A stretch of 64,000 nt of DNA from Paecilomyces variotii (lineage: Eukaryota). Where the stretch lies: NCBI GenBank assembly GCA_004022145.1, contig RCNU01000006.1; one strand, written 5' to 3'. Shown here piece by piece: positions 25,332 through 37,594 of this stretch. The position numbers were made by a program, and so were the translations under genes. Under the pieces are notes generated by a model that saw nothing but the letters and a program-made list of their open reading frames with translations, was not told where the DNA came from and made no database searches. Numbering within the stretch: the first letter of the stretch is position 1; every line of letters begins with the position of its first letter.

Positions 25332-26259
25332 GAAGCTTGTCCTCTCTTTCCGATCTGTTGCCATTACCTTTTCGATATACTTTGGCCATTTGTCTCGGCG
25401 CTCATATATTTGGAGCTGCAATATCCCTTCAGGTTATGGGATATCCGTTTTTATCTCGATCTAGCGTAGCCTGCGCACGCTTATTTCATTTTTCCGTCGA
25501 CTATCGATCCTCTGGCAGAGCCTCTTTTTTTCTCTTTTCACTCTCCCAGCCTGGCATAGGCTGGTCAATTACATTCATATACATATGGCTGTTTCTCTAT
25601 ATTTGACTGTTTGCGGCATACGGGGGCGCCGGTTGTGTTTACGTTTGATTGCCCATGATAGGGCTGGGATTGGACAGGTGCTAAAGGCTATGGGAACGGG
25701 CTGCTGCAGATCCTGGAAAGATAAAAAAAAAAAAGGGATGTCGCACAGCGTCACTGTCACTTCTTGGGTGCTCGGGTTGAAGTGGGCCGAGCAAAGACTC
25801 GTGTCCTGGGATATTGAAAGCTATTCCATGTACAAACTATCACTGTTTCACCTGGGTGTACTCTACCGGACTATGATGTGCTCTCTGTTGTTATGCGATC
25901 ATGTATAGACTATTTCGCATACCCTGAAAGATAACGGGTTGAAAAAAGCTTTCAGAACTTGAAACTCTTCATGTCTCTTCTTTCTGGCGCTTCAGTAAAT
26001 CATCCAACCTCCGTCACAGAATTTCTAGACGAATCGGATTACTCACAGTCTCCGTTATCGTGAAAGTGATGCCTCGACGTAACCCACCTTGCATCCTCCG
26101 TAACACGCTGGGACCCTAGACCCTGATCGACATCCAGGCCCTAGAGCACTAAGTTGGTACTACGGTTCCAGTCCGGATCGAATACTCTGAAGACCTGTGG
26201 AAAATACAACCCCAACCCCAGATAAACTTGTAGCTTCTGACCGATCCAAGAACAACAAT

Positions 26260-26333
26260 GAAAAAAGAAAAGAAAAGAAAAGAAAAGAAAGAAAGAAAGA
26301 AAGAAAAAGAAAAAAAAAAGAACGAAAGAAAAG
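26260..26333. repeat. (AAAAG)n/(AAAG)n purine-rich microsatellite
   Basis: Visible tandem array of about 74 bp. Confidence 0.9.
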
Positions 26334-27374
26334 ATAACCTATGAGATCGCCATTCCGCCCGGATATTATATCTAACTTAACAAGCAATATTCATTCGAAA
26401 TCTACACCGATTTATTTATTACCAGTCGCAAATCAACCCACTTTAATTATTACCTACTCGACTACCTTAGCATGCGATCCAAGGTTCTTGCTTATCGCTT
26501 GAGTTTCAAGGGGCCTCCGATCATCGATCCACCGCAAAAATGTGCACGGTTGTTCATCTGAGCCATGGATCGCGGCACGGAAGTCGTGTCGTGTAAGACC
26601 TACTCTGGAGTCTGTACGAACAGGGGGGGATCAAAGATAGTAATAATATGTTAATTACCATAATCCATGTTGAAATTCTAAGTTTAGCATTATTCATAAG
26701 GGGTTGGTTTCCTTCCTCGCCGCTCTGACGTAGATAGTTAACTACTGGGGTTGGTATTGCTCTACGTGCTTACTCCGAGAGTAGTTAATAGGGGATAGGC
26801 ATTTAGAGAAAGGGAATCGCGCATGGGAGAGGCAACTTGGATCATTTGATGTCGTTGTGAGGATTATTGTAGATATCTAGTTAGTTAGTTATTCCAATTG
26901 GATGAGTTATATAAGAGAGATATTATCTATAGACTACTACTACAAGCCCGTAGGAGATGGACGACACGACACGACACGACGCACCTTTCAAAGAAAAAGC
27001 GCGTGGAGTTCGTGTGTCCCTGACCCAAAGCCTGGGCTCTGCAGGGACCCTGAATGTTAACCGGATCAAACCGAAGTCATAAGTGAAACTATTATTACCA
27101 TACTTATGAAGCTTGGCACGGAATCGGCCCACTGAGTCCCTATTATTGCGCTCGGATCTGGACTAGATACCAATAGTCGATACTTACAGTCGCATGAATA
27201 TGTATCCGTATTATCTCATCAGGGATGATGTCCCCAGTCAGGTTTAACATTAGTGAGGAATTATTCTATTCATAAGCCTGGTACGCTATCATTTTGAAAG
27301 TATAGGGGGCATATCGCGTTATCCAAGCGCGTAGAATAGTAACAATAATTAACATGATGTACACTCATTATTAT

Positions 27375-27392
27375 AATAATAATAATAATAAT
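27375..27392. repeat. (AAT)6 microsatellite
   Basis: Visible tandem array. Confidence 0.85.
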
Positions 27393-30169
27393 ATGTATCG
27401 TTTCGCCAAACCCAACAGCCCTAGAAGGTTCGGTGACATAACCAATCGAGTGATGGGCCCAGAAGTTCGTGACGGGATGCACAGCCCGAGATCCTAGTCT
27501 AGGGCTGCTCTTAGCTGGTGGAGAAGAATAGAATTTCACGTTGGGCTTCTGTTTGAACTAAAAATTTAGTCAGGTCCAAAGTTACTGTGCGGGAAACGAA
27601 CGGGGTCCTCTGTTCTTATCCTTGGATTTTGTATTATTTTACCCATCTCTGCGGGAATGATCCATCCCGTTACGGATCTGATAGAGATTCTTTTGATGTT
27701 TCTTTGATTGGCCCTAATAATACCCGTGGTGGGAAGCGGGAGTTTGTTTGGTTCTGCAGTTTGCTCTACTTAGTTCTTTTCGATGATGTCGCTGATTTCT
27801 TGAGTTGTCGGCCTAACAGATACACGTACTCGTCAAACATGAGTATACTCTATGCGCAGGCAGTGCTTCCTCCAGGTATCTAGGACGCCAATGACAGTGC
27901 GAAGTGAACTGAAGAGTGGACTTGACGCAGTAGACGGTCGATTGATTCATCTGTTCATCCCCTGTCATCTACATAGGGAGACTCTCCCTTATCAAGCGCG
28001 TCTATCCTTGGTGCCCGAAAGTTTGTAAAAGCCCAGAAGGCGACTTTGCAATCTTCGTCCACGGAAAAGTACAGACTCATGAGTGAGAAACCCTGTAAAA
28101 TACAGAGTAGACTTTAACGGCCACCCGTCTCAACCGAATCCACGAAGTATACTATGGTACCATACTTGCTAGCAGCGGCTTCTCGCCGAGACGATGCCAA
28201 CACGAGAATGGTGGACCCACGTGTGAGAGATACTACGCGGCAGCGATTCTTCTAGCAATGTTCGATATTCTTCTCAACTGGAGCTTTTTTTCCTTCTTTT
28301 TATCTTTTGTCTTTCGCGATCCTTGGAGTTGGGGGTGGCAAGATGTGGGGAAAGGGATAAGTATGGTACTTTGAGAAATTCGTTACTCGACCGTTACCTA
28401 TCACTATCACTATCACCATCTGACGACATCTGCATTTATGCAGGTCCTCTTTCCTTCAGGCCGTAAAATCCCTCGTTAATGCAGAGGAGATTGAAAAGCA
28501 GATTCAGACAAGAGGAACCAAATCCTGCAGGGGCCCCTAGCATGCATGAGGTAGTCAGCCATGCAATCCGTGCATAACTACGGAGTAGAGTACCGTATTC
28601 AACTGCGATCCGAAGATGTGATGCGACGTCGATTTGAATTTGAGGTCCTCGACAGACAAACGGCGGCATCTACCGCCAAATTGCAGATGAAAAAGAAACA
28701 TCGTTCGTTATATTACAACCGGCCCAGTCCAGGAAGATCCGAGGAAGTGATTTATCATTGAGGCTTAGGCTTACGGCGCACGAGCCATGTTCACCTGCGT
28801 AAGTATCCGCATGGCGTGTTTCAGAATAACTCTACTAATAGATGGTCTCCCTTCAAAGTTCGACTATGCGGGAATCTACCAGACCCATTTCACGTCCCCG
28901 GCACTAACACAAAAATACATACTCGTCGCTGTTCCGGGACCATAGCGGTGGGATAAGCCTAGAGTCCTGGGTACGTAACATGTTTCAGACTCAACCAGCT
29001 ACAATGGTAATAGTATACGAAGTAGCACGGACTTATTTTGCATCATGCTAGGAGTCCTGTAAATTGGGACGCGTGATGAACATAGATATAGTTATACGTT
29101 ACCGTACTGTATGTCATCTCATCGCTTAACCTACGATTGCTAGATGCTGGTTGAATGCGCTGCATTTTACCCTTGCAAGACTGACGAGATTATAGGCGCA
29201 GAGCTAACAATTAGTAACTATGCGCATAATAATATAATCCCGTGCAGTGCAGTTTCCAGACATTGCTGTTATACGTTATTTTCCACCGTCAAAGATGGCA
29301 TCGAAGAAGTAGAAATCAAAATGCGAATCTTGAAATTTAGCTTGCATTTGAAAAACATGATTAATTCCCATAGGAATAGCATTTATCATTCATCATATAA
29401 TATAAAAATCGCCATATATTCTTTCGCCGGAGAGCAAAGTAAGCCAGCCTCCTTCCACTACGCGAGATGACGAGCTATTAAGGAGATTTACTCTCTTTGA
29501 AAAATATAAATCTTATTAATTTTCTTTTTTTCTATTTTTGGTATAGTTAGAGGTTCTACTCGCATTCCTTTGGAGTAGTCTCGGACTCTCGATTAGTGGT
29601 TTAGCTAGGCTATCGTGCTCCGCATTATCAGTAATTGCCCAAAAAGGGAAGTCCACTACGTACCTAGTAATCGACAGCGCAGTATATATATATATGTACT
29701 ATGCACAATAAAAGGTATGAACATGTGTAATGAAACGAAACATTTATCAATTCGATATAGCACTTAACAGCAATTACGAGAAAAGACATACTAACTAGAC
29801 CCATTTTCAACCGGGTCATTACACAAACTCATCGCTAGAGATACTACACTTTCTCACTTCTTCCAGTCCCCGTCCGTCACTATATAACTATCCTATAATG
29901 CGACTTACACTAAAATACACGAAACAGATAACACGCTTGGATTGTCAAGAGTAATTATCTCCCGAAACCCGATTTTCTACCCTCAACTAACCTTGGTGGC
30001 CAGCAACGTCCAGGCGGTCCTCATCGCTCAGTTCTCATTGCCTTTAAGAACTTCTGTCGCACTGAGATTTCTTCGTTCTGTGTACCATCTACATACTACA
30101 GTCTCACATTATCTAATTAGAAATCTAGTTTTAACTACTTCTAAGCCACTGCTGGACTTACTTATCACT

Positions 30170-30730
30170 ATGATATCCTACAATCACATGCTCCGCCATC
30201 ACCAGGGCGTGGTAGCATTGCGCTCAATCTCGCGTATCTCTTCTTCTTCTCGACCATTCTCTCAATCGTCTCGATCCTTCAACAAATTCTCCGTCCGCGT
30301 GTCAGGAACAGGTCGCGGCGTCGCTCAGAGCATCAAAGCCGATGGTCATCCACACCTCATCCAGACCGATGCCTACAAATTCTTCGAAGGCCACGAGAGT
30401 GCACCCACCCCACTGGTTTATAACCTCGGCAGTCTCGGATCCTGCACGCAAGTTGCCGGCTCACTTGTCGCGAAGAGCCTCGGTGCTAAGCTGGGAGAAT
30501 GGAACGTTACAGTCAAGGGTGATCTCGATACCGGAGTATTGGCGGAGGGAAAGGATGGGAATGGAAATTGGGAGAGCATAGAGGTCAATGTGCGTGTGCA
30601 GACGGATATCGAGGATGAGAATACCTTTAATAAGTTTGTGAGTGAGACGGAGAGGCGATGTCCGATCATGCAGTTGTTTAAGCAGAGTGGGACGAGTTGG
30701 AAGAGTAACTGGGTGAATGAGAAACTGTAA
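30170..30730 (+). CDS. OsmC/Ohr-family protein with probable mitochondrial presequence; intronless (alternative start 30188)
   Basis: APTPLVYNLGSLGSCT (peroxidatic Cys region) and ETERRCPI (resolving Cys). The N-terminus is R/S-rich and free of acidic residues (LRSISRISSSSRPFSQSSRSF). Confidence 0.85.
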   Translation: MISYNHMLRHHQGVVALRSISRISSSSRPFSQSSRSFNKFSVRVSGTGRGVAQSIKADGHPHLIQTDAYKFFEGHESAPTPLVYNLGSLGSCTQVAGSLVAKSLGAKLGEWNVTVKGDLDTGVLAEGKDGNGNWESIEVNVRVQTDIEDENTFNKFVSETERRCPIMQLFKQSGTSWKSNWVNEKL

Positions 30731-30872
30731 AATATGTATACTACGTTCCATGGAGGTGGGATTCAATGCAGGATACACCTATTATAGAGAATAGCTTAAG
30801 ATAAACAGAAACAAAAGGGAATGTCCGGTTGAGGGTAATATCTATCCGGTACTCATACGCAAATGTAGACAA

Positions 30873-32423
30873 TCAAGCATCAACCTCAGTTGGAAACCCC
30901 TTCCACGCTTGAGGCACGTTTGCCATTCTCAGCCAGTACCCTCCCTTGCCGTCTTTGGTTGATATAGAAAATGGCACAAACTGCAAGCACATAGCCAGTG
31001 GAGCCCACGGCTGTACATATATCACCTTCGCTTCACTACCTGTTGTTGAAGCGCCCCGAAAATCCAGTTCGCAGAATGGCATTGCCGTAGAGGACGAGAG
31101 AATCGGCACTCGATTGAGATCAATATCGGGTCCTCCCATCGTGACAAAGTTGGTTAAGTTGTTTTCGAGGAATTTCAGAGCTCTATAGATTTCTGATGGC
31201 GTTCTCGCTTGGTTGACAGCTCGTCGAATGGTGAGCGCATTCTGGGCAAGAGAGTCCTGTTGCAGCTTGCGCAGAGAGTCGAAACGGATCAAACGTGCGT
31301 AGACGGTGTGACGTGGGCAGGCTTCATTATCTGGCAGAGATGGAAGAGCGAAACGCCAGTTGAGGGAGTAGTAGAAGTTTATGGGACGGTTGTCGGGTGT
31401 CGAATTTTGATAAGAGCACTATTTTGGTTATTATATATTGTAAAAAATAATGAGATATGATATTGAACCGTATTTCAGCGATCTGAAACTTACTTTCAAG
31501 AACCAAGCGGTGAGTATATCCTGTTTAGTCAACCCTGCGGCAGCATGTCTCGTTTCATCGACCTCTGCTAATTCCTTGACAGCGTGCTGTCGAGCATCGT
31601 CGATCCATTTCTTCGGGACATAGACATATCGCTCTTCTGGTGTCTCAATGATGCCCATTACCCTTTTCGCCCCTTTCCACAGCATGTGGGAAGCTGTAAG
31701 TAGCGTAGATACCAACCCAACTCGATGGCCGTCAAAGTCTAGCACTGGGTCTCTGGGGTGTGCCTCCATGACAGGGACCGAGTTCGACATGGGATCATAT
31801 CTTTCGTCACAAGAAAGTATAAGGGTTGGGATAGGCTTCCCAGAGACCAGCGCTGCATATGTTTTGATGATGTCGAACATACCTTGACTGTCAACGAAGT
31901 AATGCGGACAGCGGAAGCCTAGAAGCGTCACATCTTGCAATGATGTTATCCTTAGTGTGAATAGAGGTTCTGATGATTTGTTCGATGGCGCATCGAAATG
32001 GAACAACGTATCAGGGATGCTCGAGTTGGCAGAGAACACCAGTGGTGAGCTAGGCTGCCGACTTTCACAGTCATACAATATTGGCAAACTTTCTCTGCCT
32101 GTACGATTCAACATGCGGCTTTTGACGTCGATATTCTTTCCGATACTAAACGAATAGGGTTTCGTCTATGATACTAACAGATTAGCTCTTTCAAATACTT
32201 TGAGAAAAATGCTGTACTCATGACTTATTGTTACTTTTTTGCTCATAAAGCCTCCGAGTATAGGCCAGTGACAAATGAGTTCTTCTGCCTTCTGTTTCAG
32301 CAACGTAGTGTCGAGGGTGTCGTCGACGACAACGCCAAAATATAGAGCCAGATCTTGGACGATAGGATAATTGGTTTTGATAGTGAACGAGTTGGGTGGT
32401 TCATGACTATTTGCGGAAGCCAT
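30873..32423 (-). CDS. CoA-dependent acyltransferase (BAHD/Tri101-like transferase fold); 3 exons
   Basis: WPILGG near the N-terminus, the catalytic HxxxD in LLGFRCPHYFVDSQG, LTKQDILTAW, and a DF motif (ELDFRGA). Two GT..AG introns (~32234-32166 and ~31492-31410) give an intact frame. Confidence 0.8.
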
Positions 32424-34030
32424 GGTCCCGACTTGAGTGTTTCAAAGTCGATAATGATCAGTATCTTTCAACGTCCCAAACGAAACGTCGAGGAAAAGCC
32501 TCCCCAGTGTGAAAACTGGGAGACTCACCTCTTCTAATAGCCCTGTGAATTGCGATAAAGGTGAATAGAAAAAAGGAGCGTCTTGCTTTAGATTGAATGC
32601 ATTGGCGAGAGATGTCAATCAGTGGAGTCCGGCCCGTCGTCCCTACCATCACAAAGAAAATCCCCAGTGCAACTACTGACCGCCAATATTCACAAAGTAC
32701 CTTTATCAGCGAGGCACTTTTTAATGCCAAAATCATTATTGAATAACTCAGTGCATCAAAATCTGTGCATTGGGAGTCCCGAATCTGTTGAAAATGACTG
32801 CAGCAATCACTTCACGAGTATCCTTGAAGGGAACGTCTTCTTATACCCAGTAAGGAAATTTTTGCGTCTAATATTGCTATTACCGTCCGAAAAGCAGGCC
32901 TATAACACCCGATGATCATTATAACTAGTCAGTACGCTATGTAGCTGACCAGTAGTATCCTAATTAGTGACACGATGCTTGAAGCCGCCGATGCTCGACT
33001 CCAGGCCCCGCACACTATCAAGCAAGCTCAAGAGACCAGCCTTATTAGAACATTGCTCGAATACCAGTGCACTAGATGAAACTCCACCATATTGCTACTA
33101 TAACGGGTTCTTAAACGCGTAACCATGTGTTAAAATTGGCCGGCAACGGAAGAGTAAGCCTGCTTATGCATGCATACCGATCCTCGCGCCGGCTTAATAT
33201 CAAACCATGCTTATTTACTAGCGCTGACATCATCTTCTTTACTACCAATCGTCGGCTTAATAGAACGTATAATAGGTGAAATATGCACATAGGACTCTGA
33301 TCAAAACAGTTCGGGCCGTTAGTCGAGTATGTCTTGCTAAGAATAGCTAAACCGGTGATCCTGTCAAGCGCTTCCAACTCGCATTTCTCTCACTAAAATT
33401 TCTTTTTGGGTACGGATTATGATTTGAGGAATAAGGTATTAAGCTTAGGGACAAACATGCATTATCTCTGTAAGATAAACTTGGAAGGAGACTAGGGAGA
33501 TAGCCTGCACTGGCTAGACTCGAACAGAGTCAGCGCCACTGTAGGACATAGTTATCTGAAGTTTTACTGTTAACCAACAGCTTCTCCGAGCCACTCAGAA
33601 ACTATACACCATAGGGCACACATACAATATCAGAGTTACTGTATAATCAATAACACGAGCGCGACCTGCGTTTTTCTTGTAGGCTTTGGCAGCGCAGAAC
33701 CACGGCGACTCGGATGCCTTTCAGAGAAAGCTAAACAGTTCATTTCGGCTTTTTCAATTCCTATTTGACATTCAGCTCTTCAGATATTGACAAAAATGCC
33801 TCATTCCGTCTATCAAAAAGAGTTACACGGAATGTCTACCAATGTCTACGTTCAAAACTTATGTCGGGTTTATTACTTTCCTCTACTGGCACTAGGGTGA
33901 TAGGTCTCTTTGAATTCGCTGAATTCGCTTCCCATAGGATTCAAAGCATTAGCTGTCGGTGCATATAGATAATAACCTGGACTGTGGATGTTAAGAGCAT
34001 ATCTAACAGGATTCTCTTATACAAACTATT

Positions 34031-35092
34031 CTATCCCTGCATAGGCTTTCGCCCCACAATAGATCCAGTAAGTATACGAGGGATCACGCCCTTTTCAAAA
34101 GCAGCGGCAGTTCTGCGCTCGAACTCCCGTACCTTTTGAGTGAGCTCCTCTTCTGAAAGACCTTTTCTCTTGAGAACTTCCACCAGTAAAGTTCTTATCG
34201 TAACTGCATACCACTTTCTTGCCAATTCAGTTGCGTCTGGTTCATTCAAAGAAGAGTATTCGGCAGATGCGACGTCCTTCAGTCCGAGCTCCTCGAAATG
34301 CTCTTTAATCAGAAATGGCAATCGGTCACTGAACCCCATGGAAGTTGCAAAGTCGTTTATGATACTAAGATCTGGTTCAAGTCCAGTGTGCGGGACGTTG
34401 AATCCCACCTCCCCTGTGCGGAGGTCATCCCATTGGATGTATCCTCCTGGAGCTATAATAACAGCCATTAGATTGATGGACGGAGTAGTTGCTGCGATAA
34501 TGGCCATTTCACATACCAACTATCTGTATTATATTGAAAATAGCCTGCTGGATCTGCGCTGGTGTCAATGCAAACACCAAAAGCCTTACATGAACGAGGT
34601 CGAATAGGTTGTGAAATTGCTCGTCGAACGGACGAGTGACGTCATGAATGGACAGCGTTATGTCCTTGAGATCAGAGGGATATTGGGCATCGCTGATATC
34701 AAATCCGTGAAGATATCTCTTTCCGTTGATACCGTTGGAAGCAGTGGCGTAGAAGTCCTGTAGCTCACGGAGCCAAATTCTATGAGAGAGATGTCAGCGC
34801 CATTGCCCTAATTGTCGACATCGACTAATGCACTCCTACGCAGTTCCAGTGGCGATATCGGCAACACTTTGGATCTTTTCCAAAGGTAGTTGGGGATGAG
34901 CTATGTGACTACCCATGATCTTCTTGAGTACGTCATGTTGGAAGTTGAGCCTGTGTGGTTGATTAGCACCCTGACAGGAAAAGAAGAAACGATGTAACAT
35001 GAAAACACTTGTCTCAGACTGAACACATACCGTTCAGTCTCGGCTTGGTCACGGTTTCTGAGCAGATAAGCTTCATCTTGGTTCGAAGACAT
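34031..35092 (-). CDS. Class I SAM-dependent methyltransferase (secondary-metabolism type); 4 exons
   Basis: Spliced product has YLLRNRDQAETERLNFQH, motif I VADIATGTAIW, GFDISDAQY, HDVTRPF...FDLVHVRLL and APGGYIQW. Three canonical introns. Confidence 0.88.
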
Positions 35093-36699
35093 GGTCATAC
35101 GCAAAGTATATGTTTCTGGCGGGTAAGTTGAAAGAGACTTGATCGAGTCTACCGCTACAATAGTGGAAGCGTTCCCAAGTATTATATATGTTGCTCCCGA
35201 AATGCTGACGATCTATTTCAGGAGATTTAGCATAACTCAAAGGTCGATCAAGCTTGGGCTAGTCTGCGAGCTATATGAATTCTATGAAGCAGATGCGCGA
35301 GACGATTTGCTAGCTCGCGATATGTCGACACTGATTCGCTGCGTTTGCAGTAGCTACAGCAATGGGTTTCCTCAGTCAGTGGAGACGGGGTTGATCCTAT
35401 CCAAAACTCGTGCAGGGGTAGAAGTTCCTGGAATCTGATAAGGCCAGGGAAGCGGACGAACGTCAGTCCGTTGATCAGTAATTATTTAGATATGCAGTTA
35501 ATAACCTCGGAGCTGTCAGTTCGGAGCAAGAATTGAGACTCGGCTATTTTCTATCTGCAGTTAGTCTAAACATGGTAGAAAATCCATCGCTTGGGCATCC
35601 ATATAGTACCAGAGGTCGTTCATGCAGGTGATATGAGCGCCTGTCATAGCGATGTTAATTAATACTTGGCGAATAAACAGATCAGCTGTTTAGATACTTT
35701 TAAATATACTTCTGCTACATTGGATTGATATAGGTGCCAGATGCGATAATAAACGTAATAACAGGCATTATCCAGATTCAAGGATGACGTTATAGGTAAA
35801 TAAAAATATGAGACATGTAGTTTTCACGACATCCTCAACGTTGAGCACAATAAGCTAGCTAAACCCTACATGATTTCTGACTGCTCACAACTACCATACA
35901 GCTAAATTCATTTTGCCTACCCACCGCTGTCCATCAACATCAGCGTCAGATACGCTCACGGTTCACACACCGTAAAAATACACCAGCTCGCTGTGTCTAA
36001 TTAAATCTTATCAATAGCGCTTCTATTCCTGAGGCACAGAGCTACTGATTCTGCTTCTAGGCCGTTCATATTTCTAAGATTGGCCACAGTGTACAGTTGC
36101 TATAGAGCAGATCCGCTTCAGAACTCACTCTTGCCACGAGATACAAAAACCATACTCTAATATGCAATAATATATAGTATGCTCTGTGACAGGATTCCAA
36201 ACCGTGGTTCTGCTATAATTGCTCCGAGTGCTCCTTTGTATTTTGTAGCAAGAGAGGGGCAAACCCTTCGGTTGGTCTTGTGAGGACGAAGTTGAACTTG
36301 CTTTCTAGACTGCAGGAGTGATGGTTCGAGAGACTGCATTATAGCCCGATACATGAGCTCAAATCCTTCGCAGCGAACACTTTAGATATGATGGGTCACT
36401 TCTTTCACTGCTATACAGTGATATTGTGACTGATTACTTGAGCCTCCCTACGATCTAAAGAACCACTCTCGGGATACAGTCGGGGATGTGTAGTGTATGC
36501 AGACAGGTTAACGATCTTATACCGAGATCTTTCAAGAGAAGATGGAGACAAGATCCCACATATCCTAAAACAGATATCTCAGTACCGAATTTCTGTGACT
36601 GTATGTAATCTGTACTACCCGACCTATCCCGGGTAGGACATACCCCAGTCTCTCATATATTCACTCTCTTATGACAGTTTCTAATATAATCTAATCCGC

Positions 36700-37340
36700 A
36701 TATCTCCTATAGGATAATATGCCGACATAGTTCTTAAGAGAACATACCTATCCCCCTGAATAAATCATGAATCTTTACTTAAGATACTCGATCTAAGAGA
36801 TAACTATTAGTAGCTTTTTTTAGATTACTATTAGGCTATAGATAATTAAATTAGCTTCTAATCTATTTAGTTCTTGATCTCCCGCAAAATCAGTAATAAT
36901 ATATTAAGCCTATTGGCTATTGGCGCTTAAAAGCTGGATAATACTATAATAGTTTATATTTTTATATTATAGAGAATTATTTTTTATCTTCTATACCTCT
37001 ATATTATCTGCTTAAAAGCTAAGGGATTGGATAGATCTACTGCTATGATATAGGCCACCCGCCACTTATCTCGCTCGTAGACGTAGAAAGTAATCTCAAC
37101 AGTGCTACTTGAGTGGGCTTTGGGGGGGCTCAGTTTCAATCAAAGGAAGTAAAAGTCTAGGCGGCTAAGGCTTATTAGCTATAATATTGCTGCTGTTCCT
37201 GCCAGGATCTATTAATATTTCTTAAGCCAAATTTTGGAAATTATATTGTGTTGGTGGCTAAAGCTAAAGCTTATGGCTTGCTGAGTTATTGATATCCTTT
37301 AGAGAGGATGGTTAAAGCGAACTTGGGGATTTATAGAAGT
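36700..37340 (+). pseudogene. RIP-like mutated ORF or repeat remnant
   Basis: Abrupt AT/TpA-rich tract. In the frame starting at 36781, 160 codons contain 13 stops (all TAA/TAG) and only 2 Gln codons, consistent with CpA->TpA mutation. Confidence 0.6.
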
Positions 37341-37594
37341 TCTTTCTGGTCTATGCTCCACTATCAATGGAGCGGAAGGGAAGCCGAGAGATTCGTCTCC
37401 CAAAATGTTGTCGACGGCTAGTTTTTGATTATTACTTTACTAACACCGTCGCATTTACAGATAGAGGTTCTTAGATCGAATAGGCATACGGATACAAAGG
37501 CAATGTAACCCTCTGCTATTAGGCACACTTAGGACCATTTCACATGTTCAGAGGACCACCAGAATGCATTAAAGCTGATGTTACAGCGCACCAT

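Noticed and set aside
26140..26200. tRNA-like segment (GTTGGTA...GGTTCCAGTCC)
   Set aside because: The box A/B-like words are too close together and no cloverleaf stems can be formed.
27416..27507. 10-bp inverted repeat CAGCCCTAGA/TCTAGGGCTG as a possible MITE
   Set aside because: Too short, no target-site duplication, and no second copy seen in the window.
29942..30169. 76-aa N-terminal extension of the OsmC ORF in the ORF track
   Set aside because: It begins at TTG and reads like promoter/UTR sequence. The ATG at 30170 or 30188 gives a sensible presequence.
34031..35092. Calling the methyltransferase LaeA
   Set aside because: It lacks the LaeA N-terminal ENGRxYH/YxLPxDE region, so only a generic SAM methyltransferase call is supported.
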